Below, piece after piece: positions 6,784-10,847 of a stretch of DNA of 10,847 nt. The stretch spans positions 1-10,847 of the forward strand of contig JBHHXT010000168.1 in NCBI GenBank assembly GCA_046757165.1, given 5' to 3'. The stretch's first letter is position 1. Each line of letters opens with the position of its first letter. Under the pieces are notes generated by a model, which did not search any database, was not told the DNA's origin, and saw only the letters and a program-made list of their open reading frames with translations. This DNA is from a bacterium. Lineage in GTDB: Bacteria; Zhuqueibacterota; Zhuqueibacteria; Oceanimicrobiales; Oceanimicrobiaceae. A program made the position numbers and the translations under genes.

Positions 6784-8214
6784 ATGGAGCTAAAAGTTCA
6801 CGACCGGGAGATCATTCTGCAGAAGCTCTGGAAAAGCAGAAAACTCCTCAGCCAGAAGCTGCAAACCCTGAGTGGTAAAGCCGTCGAAGTTTTGTATGTC
6901 GGCTCCGAGAATCTTGACGCCGGCCCGGATTTCAAGGGGGCAATTATCAAGATCGGCGGTGTTTTGTTAAAAGGCGATATCGAGGTGCATCTGAGTGCCA
7001 CCGGGTGGTACGAGCACCACCATCATGTCGACCCCGGCTACAATGGGGTCATTCTGCATCTGGTTTCGGAAGAGCCGCAAGAGCGCTTGTTTATCGAGCG
7101 GGAGGATGGTGTGCGGGTTGAGCAACTGTGCGTGACGCTCGACCGGGAGAGCCTGGATTTGTGGCGGCAGCAAAACCAGACCGCGCCTGAGCAAACGGCA
7201 ACCGACTTCATCGTCGCAGATTGCCCTTTGCGGCGCCAATCGAAGCCCAGAATCCTGGAAACCGTCAGCGCAGCCGGTGAGAGACGATTCTTCGATAAGG
7301 TGTTCCAGATTCGCGAGGACCTGGCGCTTGTGAGCTGGGACCAGGTCATCTATCGCAAAATCATGCAGGCGCTGGGCTATGCAAAGAATCAGCAGCCGTT
7401 TCGGCGTTTAGCTGATTTGATGCCGTACGAGACCGTGTGCGCCGAAATGCAGTGGGTGCCGGAGGAGATGGCTGCCAGACGGTGTGAGGCGCTGCTTTTT
7501 GGCGCCTCCGGAATGTTGCCTGTTGCCCCCTCGAGACGGACAAATCTTGAACACGAGGTTCTGGCCTACACCGAGCCTCTGGTTGACCTCTGGTTGTCCA
7601 TGTCTCGCCGGCTGGAGATCAAGGCAATGAAGATGCAGGACTGGCAGTTCTTCAGGCTCCGGCCGCAGAATTTTCCGACGCGGCGGCTGGCCGGCATGGT
7701 GCAATTGATCTGTTGCTTTTTCAAGGAAGGACTTTTGCGCGGCTTGCTCAGAATTGTGTCCGCGCACATAAACAACATGAAGGTCCTGGCGTCCGAGTTG
7801 GAAAAGTGTCTGGTTCAGTCAGCCAGAGGATTTTGGTGCCATCATTACAACTTTGAGGGCGCGCCGGATACAGGTTCTCAAAGGAAAGCGGAAACGCTCA
7901 TCGGCAAGGAGCGCGCGAAAGCGATTTTGCTCAATAGCCTCATCCCGATATTTTACCTCTATGGGGAGGAGTCGAAGGATGGCAAGCTGAGAAATGTCAT
8001 GCTGCACTTGTATGGCAGCTATCCCAGGATTTCCGAAAACGAAATCACCCGGGGGATGGTGAAGCAATTGTTCGGTGGGGTGGTGAAGGAAGCCTCTTTT
8101 GTCAGGTTGGCTTTGCAACAGCAGGGACTCATACATTTGCATAAACTCTACTGCAAGCCGCTAAGGTGTTCGGCGTGCGTGAACCTATCTCAATTTGATT
8201 CGACCACCTCGTGA
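6784..8214 (+). CDS. DUF2851-family protein
   Basis: N.DAGPDF..A.I, GDIEVH, W..H.H..DP.YN.VILH, LGY.KN..PF, WQFFRLRPQNFPTRRLA, QGLIHL...YC...C..C. SD GGAGG upstream. Confidence 0.9.
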   Translation: MELKVHDREIILQKLWKSRKLLSQKLQTLSGKAVEVLYVGSENLDAGPDFKGAIIKIGGVLLKGDIEVHLSATGWYEHHHHVDPGYNGVILHLVSEEPQERLFIEREDGVRVEQLCVTLDRESLDLWRQQNQTAPEQTATDFIVADCPLRRQSKPRILETVSAAGERRFFDKVFQIREDLALVSWDQVIYRKIMQALGYAKNQQPFRRLADLMPYETVCAEMQWVPEEMAARRCEALLFGASGMLPVAPSRRTNLEHEVLAYTEPLVDLWLSMSRRLEIKAMKMQDWQFFRLRPQNFPTRRLAGMVQLICCFFKEGLLRGLLRIVSAHINNMKVLASELEKCLVQSARGFWCHHYNFEGAPDTGSQRKAETLIGKERAKAILLNSLIPIFYLYGEESKDGKLRNVMLHLYGSYPRISENEITRGMVKQLFGGVVKEASFVRLALQQQGLIHLHKLYCKPLRCSACVNLSQFDSTTS

Positions 8215-8396
8215 TTCTTTTCGATAATTCCTTGCAGCACAATCCGATACTCTCCGGTGTCCTGGTTGATGGTCTCGAGGATCGCTTTGCACTGTGAGGA
8301 GCTCGCCAGCATGTCAGAGATTTGTTTTTTCAGGCTGGCACCTGAGAGCTTTGTCATGTTCATTTTTTCCAGATCTTTGAACCTCAGTTTTGACAT
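8190..8396 (-). CDS. Hypothetical small protein (68 aa, MSKLRFKDLE...)
   Basis: ATG at 8396 with AGGAG (8404-8408) 7 nt upstream and a globular-looking composition. Its 3' end overlaps the DUF2851 3' end by 25 nt. Confidence 0.75.
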   Translation of the reverse strand: MSKLRFKDLEKMNMTKLSGASLKKQISDMLASSSQCKAILETINQDTGEYRIVLQGIIEKNHEVVESN

Positions 8397-8509
8397 GAGT
8401 TCTCTCCTGGACAAGTTCACAAAACAGCCAAGTCGGTTCGATGCTTGTGGTTCGTATAGGTTAGTCTATATTATCGGGCTGTGTGCAGCATCCTTGAAGC
8501 TTTTTTGCG

Positions 8510-8591
8510 CGATTTGTGACGATTTGTTTTTAGCAACAAAATGAAGCAATAGTAACAAAATGCTTGACTTTCTCAGAATAATCGTTAATTT
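8510..8591. promoter_or_regulatory. Divergent control region with repeated ACAAA-core boxes and a putative promoter TTGACT-N16-TAATTT (+)
   Basis: CGATTTGT twice (8510-8517, 8520-8527); TAGYAACAAAATG twice (8531-8543, 8550-8562); TTGACT 8564-8569; TAATTT 8586-8591. Confidence 0.5.
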
Positions 8592-8653
8592 AGTCACGTA
8601 AAGTTACCGATAATCCCCAATTAATGACATCAAACTTTACCTGGTGATGAGCA

Positions 8654-9067
8654 ATGAAACGGATGAGCACAATTTGGTTTCTCTTGAGCGTCAGCGTACC
8701 GTTTCTTTTCGCAGGGACGATCATCGGGGATTTCCACGCCCAGCCGGGGTTCAATAAGGTGACGCTCAAGTGGACTTCGGAAAATGAGATCAACCTCAAG
8801 GGGTTCGAGATCGAAAGAAGTTTTGAGAACAAGGCAAGCAGCTTCCGAAAGATCGATTTTGTCAAGGCGAGCGACGAGGAAAAGACCAAGAAAGAGTATG
8901 TCTACGAAGACAAGTCCGTGTTCAAGGCGGCAGATAGAACGTTCTATTATCGCCTGAAAATTCTCGATAAGGATGGTTCGTCATCCTACTCTGACATCAT
9001 TTCTGTCAGCCCCACGATATCAAGTGCTCGCCAAACCTGGGGCAGCATAAAAGCCATGTTTCGATGA
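8654..9067 (+). CDS. Secreted single Fn3/Ig-like domain protein with C-terminal TWGSIKAMFR motif
   Basis: Signal peptide MKRMSTIWFLLSVSVPFLFA. Pattern F.A....V.L.W.SE.E.N..GF.IERS...F.KI.FV...Y.Y.D...YYRLK..D.DG..SYS is typical of Fn3-like modules in FCB surface proteins. Confidence 0.85.
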   Translation: MKRMSTIWFLLSVSVPFLFAGTIIGDFHAQPGFNKVTLKWTSENEINLKGFEIERSFENKASSFRKIDFVKASDEEKTKKEYVYEDKSVFKAADRTFYYRLKILDKDGSSSYSDIISVSPTISSARQTWGSIKAMFR

Positions 9068-9095
9068 AAAGCAACAGCCCATAGAGCTCGAAGAC

Positions 9096-9129
9096 AGGCA
9101 GCGTAACGGAGGAGCGCTGCCTTTTTTTT
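9096..9129 (+). terminator. Intrinsic terminator
   Basis: AGGCAGCG 9096-9103 pairs with CGCTGCCT 9115-9122 around an 11-nt loop, followed by T8 at 9122-9129. Lies between convergent genes. Confidence 0.8.
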
Positions 9130-9139
9130 GCCGCTCGCA

Positions 9140-9772
9140 TCACCTCTCCTTGATTGCTGCAAGAAGTCTCTCATGTACTTTTTCCACCGTTCCTAACCCA
9201 GAGACGCTGATCAAAAGCCCTTGCTGTTCATAATAGTCGATAAGCGGTCCAGTATCGGTATGGTATTTTAATAACCGCATTTTCAACGTTCGCTCGTTGT
9301 CATCCTTGCGGTGAATCACGCGGCTGGCGATCTCAGGCGGCGGCGGATTGAATTTGATGTGATAGATATTGTTGGTGACCGGATCAATCTGGCGGCCGGT
9401 GATGCGAAGAATGATCTCCTGGTCCGGGACTTCGATTCGCAGCACATGGTCGATGTTCAGGTGGGTCTGGTGCATCGCCAGGTCGAGGGTCTTCGCCTGT
9501 GGCACGGTGCGCGGAAATCCGTCGAGTAGGAACCCCTCCTGCGCATCTGGCCGCGAAATGCGTTCCATGATGATTTCGATGACGAGATTGTCGGGGACCA
9601 AGGCGCCGCGGGACATATAACTATCGGCCTGCTTACCGAGCGCGGTCCCGTTTGAGACCGCCTCTCTGAGCATATCACCTGAAGAGATGTGTGGGATACC
9701 TAACCTGCTTTGGATTTTGCAGGCCTGGGTACCTTTACCCGAGCCAGGCGGCCCGATAAGTATAATTCGCAT
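9140..9772 (-). CDS. adk: Adenylate kinase
   Basis: P-loop GPPGSGKGTQ, HISSGDMLR, G.LVPD, GFLLDGFPRT..QA, R.DD and P.IDYY. Confidence 0.97.
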   Translation of the reverse strand: MRIILIGPPGSGKGTQACKIQSRLGIPHISSGDMLREAVSNGTALGKQADSYMSRGALVPDNLVIEIIMERISRPDAQEGFLLDGFPRTVPQAKTLDLAMHQTHLNIDHVLRIEVPDQEIILRITGRQIDPVTNNIYHIKFNPPPPEIASRVIHRKDDNERTLKMRLLKYHTDTGPLIDYYEQQGLLISVSGLGTVEKVHERLLAAIKER

Positions 9773-9870
9773 TTCACGTCCCCATTTGTCATTGAACTCT
9801 GTGTAGGGTCATACTCTTCTATGCACCCCAAAACGTATTCAACCTCTGACACGACCAAACAGATTTAAAG

Positions 9871-9899
9871 AATTTAGTAAAAACTGTGCAAAAATGCAA
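9871..9899 (-). promoter_or_regulatory. Putative sigma70 promoter of adk, TTGCAT-N17-TAAATT
   Basis: On the minus strand, TTGCAT at 9899-9894, a 17-nt spacer, TAAATT at 9876-9871, in an AT-rich tract about 100 nt upstream of the start. Confidence 0.55.
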
Positions 9900-9955
9900 G
9901 TGCTGCGAAGTTGGCTGGTGTCAGCTAGGTCGAAAAAAAACGCCGAAAACATCCC

Positions 9956-10741
9956 ATGAGATATTCAAAGATCGCAAAAATGCTGCTCCTCGAAGCTGTG
10001 ACGCTGCTTGTGGTTTGCTGGGGGATGCTGACCGCTGTTTCAGCCAAACCGGTATTGCGACTTCACGAAACCGAAGAGAGCAGCCAGTTCGCCGGTCTAT
10101 TGCAAGCAACCCAGGGAATGATTCACGTCGGTGAGCTCTCCGACGTCACGCCGGAGCAGGTCAGGGAAAGCCGCACCTCGTTCCTGAATGCCTCGCAGAT
10201 ACTCGAGCCGTTCAAGGAAGTGCTCGACCTGTGGACCAGCCAGTACTTCGACAACACGCAAGCGCGCAACCTCTTTCTTACCGCCGGTTTCCCGGAGATT
10301 CGCCAAGGGTGGCAGGAAGAGATTGGGGCGAGCGCGAATGCCACGGTGTCCACGGCGCACGAGGTCGCCAGGGACAAGCGCTTTTTTCACTGGGAGCTGG
10401 AATTTCCGGAGGTGTTTTCGAGAAAGGACGGGAGAAGGAGAATCCGGGGTTTGATGCGGTGGTGGGCCAAAGGCATTTTCTTCTATTTCAAAGCCAGGCG
10501 AAAGAATGACGAGGGTAGCTTTCATTTCTGGAGATACTACGCTCTCAATACCAAACGAAGTTTGGACAATCGCTTGCTGATTAGCAATCTCATCGCCTGT
10601 CGTCCCGATCCACCGCGAGTGGTCGCCGATTGCGACATCTTTGCACTTCACGACAAGTTCATCGAAGATATCCTCGAGTCGCACTGTTACTTCCTTGCCC
10701 GGACTGATGCACATACAGGTTCTGCAAAAAGCGGTTGTTAA
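9956..10741 (+). pseudogene. Chimeric ORF: signal-peptide-like N-terminus, then a type IIG/Eco57I-like N6-methyltransferase fragment, then a probable SNF2-helicase C-terminal fragment
   Basis: FFHWELEFPEVF in frame, then EKENPGFDAVVG in a shifted frame (to 10467), stopping just before the expected NPPY. The downstream AKGIFFYF...HFWRYY...DNRLLISNLIAC.PD.PRVV segment is unrelated to the methyltransferase. Confidence 0.7.
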
Positions 10742-10847
10742 ATCCCGGGGCTTCGCCGCGCTGGGTGAATCAGTGGCTTTCTTTTTTATAGCGGTCTTGC
10801 GAAAGTTTGCATTTTTGAGCAAGGCTTCACTGGTTAGTACCTGAGTT

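Noticed and set aside
9806..9828. Hairpin GGGTCATA / TATGCACCC in the adk leader
   Set aside because: Short bulged stem with no U-tract and no riboswitch consensus that I recognise.
10745..10790. Possible terminator after the chimeric ORF
   Set aside because: The stem is imperfect and the T-tract is separated from it by more than 10 nt.
10097..10822. 241-aa minus-strand ORF
   Set aside because: Antisense shadow of the methyltransferase and helicase fragments, whose motifs are on the + strand.
1..10847. tRNA, rRNA, intact transposase, integrase or prophage genes
   Set aside because: No cloverleaf, rRNA signature or recombinase motifs were seen.

Overview
Bacterial chromosomal segment with GC-rich genes and AT-rich intergenic spacers. 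The gene set (DUF2851, a secreted Fn3-like protein with a C-terminal TWGxxK motif) suggests an FCB-superphylum lineage such as KSB1 or a Calditrichota relative; this is inference. In order: a 33-aa membrane peptide converging on efp at a bidirectional terminator; DUF2752; a structured spacer; TIGR04283-like GT2, family-5 UDG and an M28 peptidase; three stacked ECF-sigma-like promoters ahead of a coiled-coil protein, a CapA-family phosphoesterase and DUF2851; a divergent pair (68-aa protein and a secreted 137-aa protein ending TWGSIKAMFR); a stand-alone adk with a short, zinc-free LID; and a chimeric ORF joining a signal peptide, a frameshifted type IIG (Eco57I-like) methyltransferase fragment and a probable helicase fragment. 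Most interesting are the candidate C-terminal sorting signal, the stacked ECF promoter array, the defence-island scar and the SD-occluding structure at 1543-1685. Family calls come from recognised motifs, not database searches.
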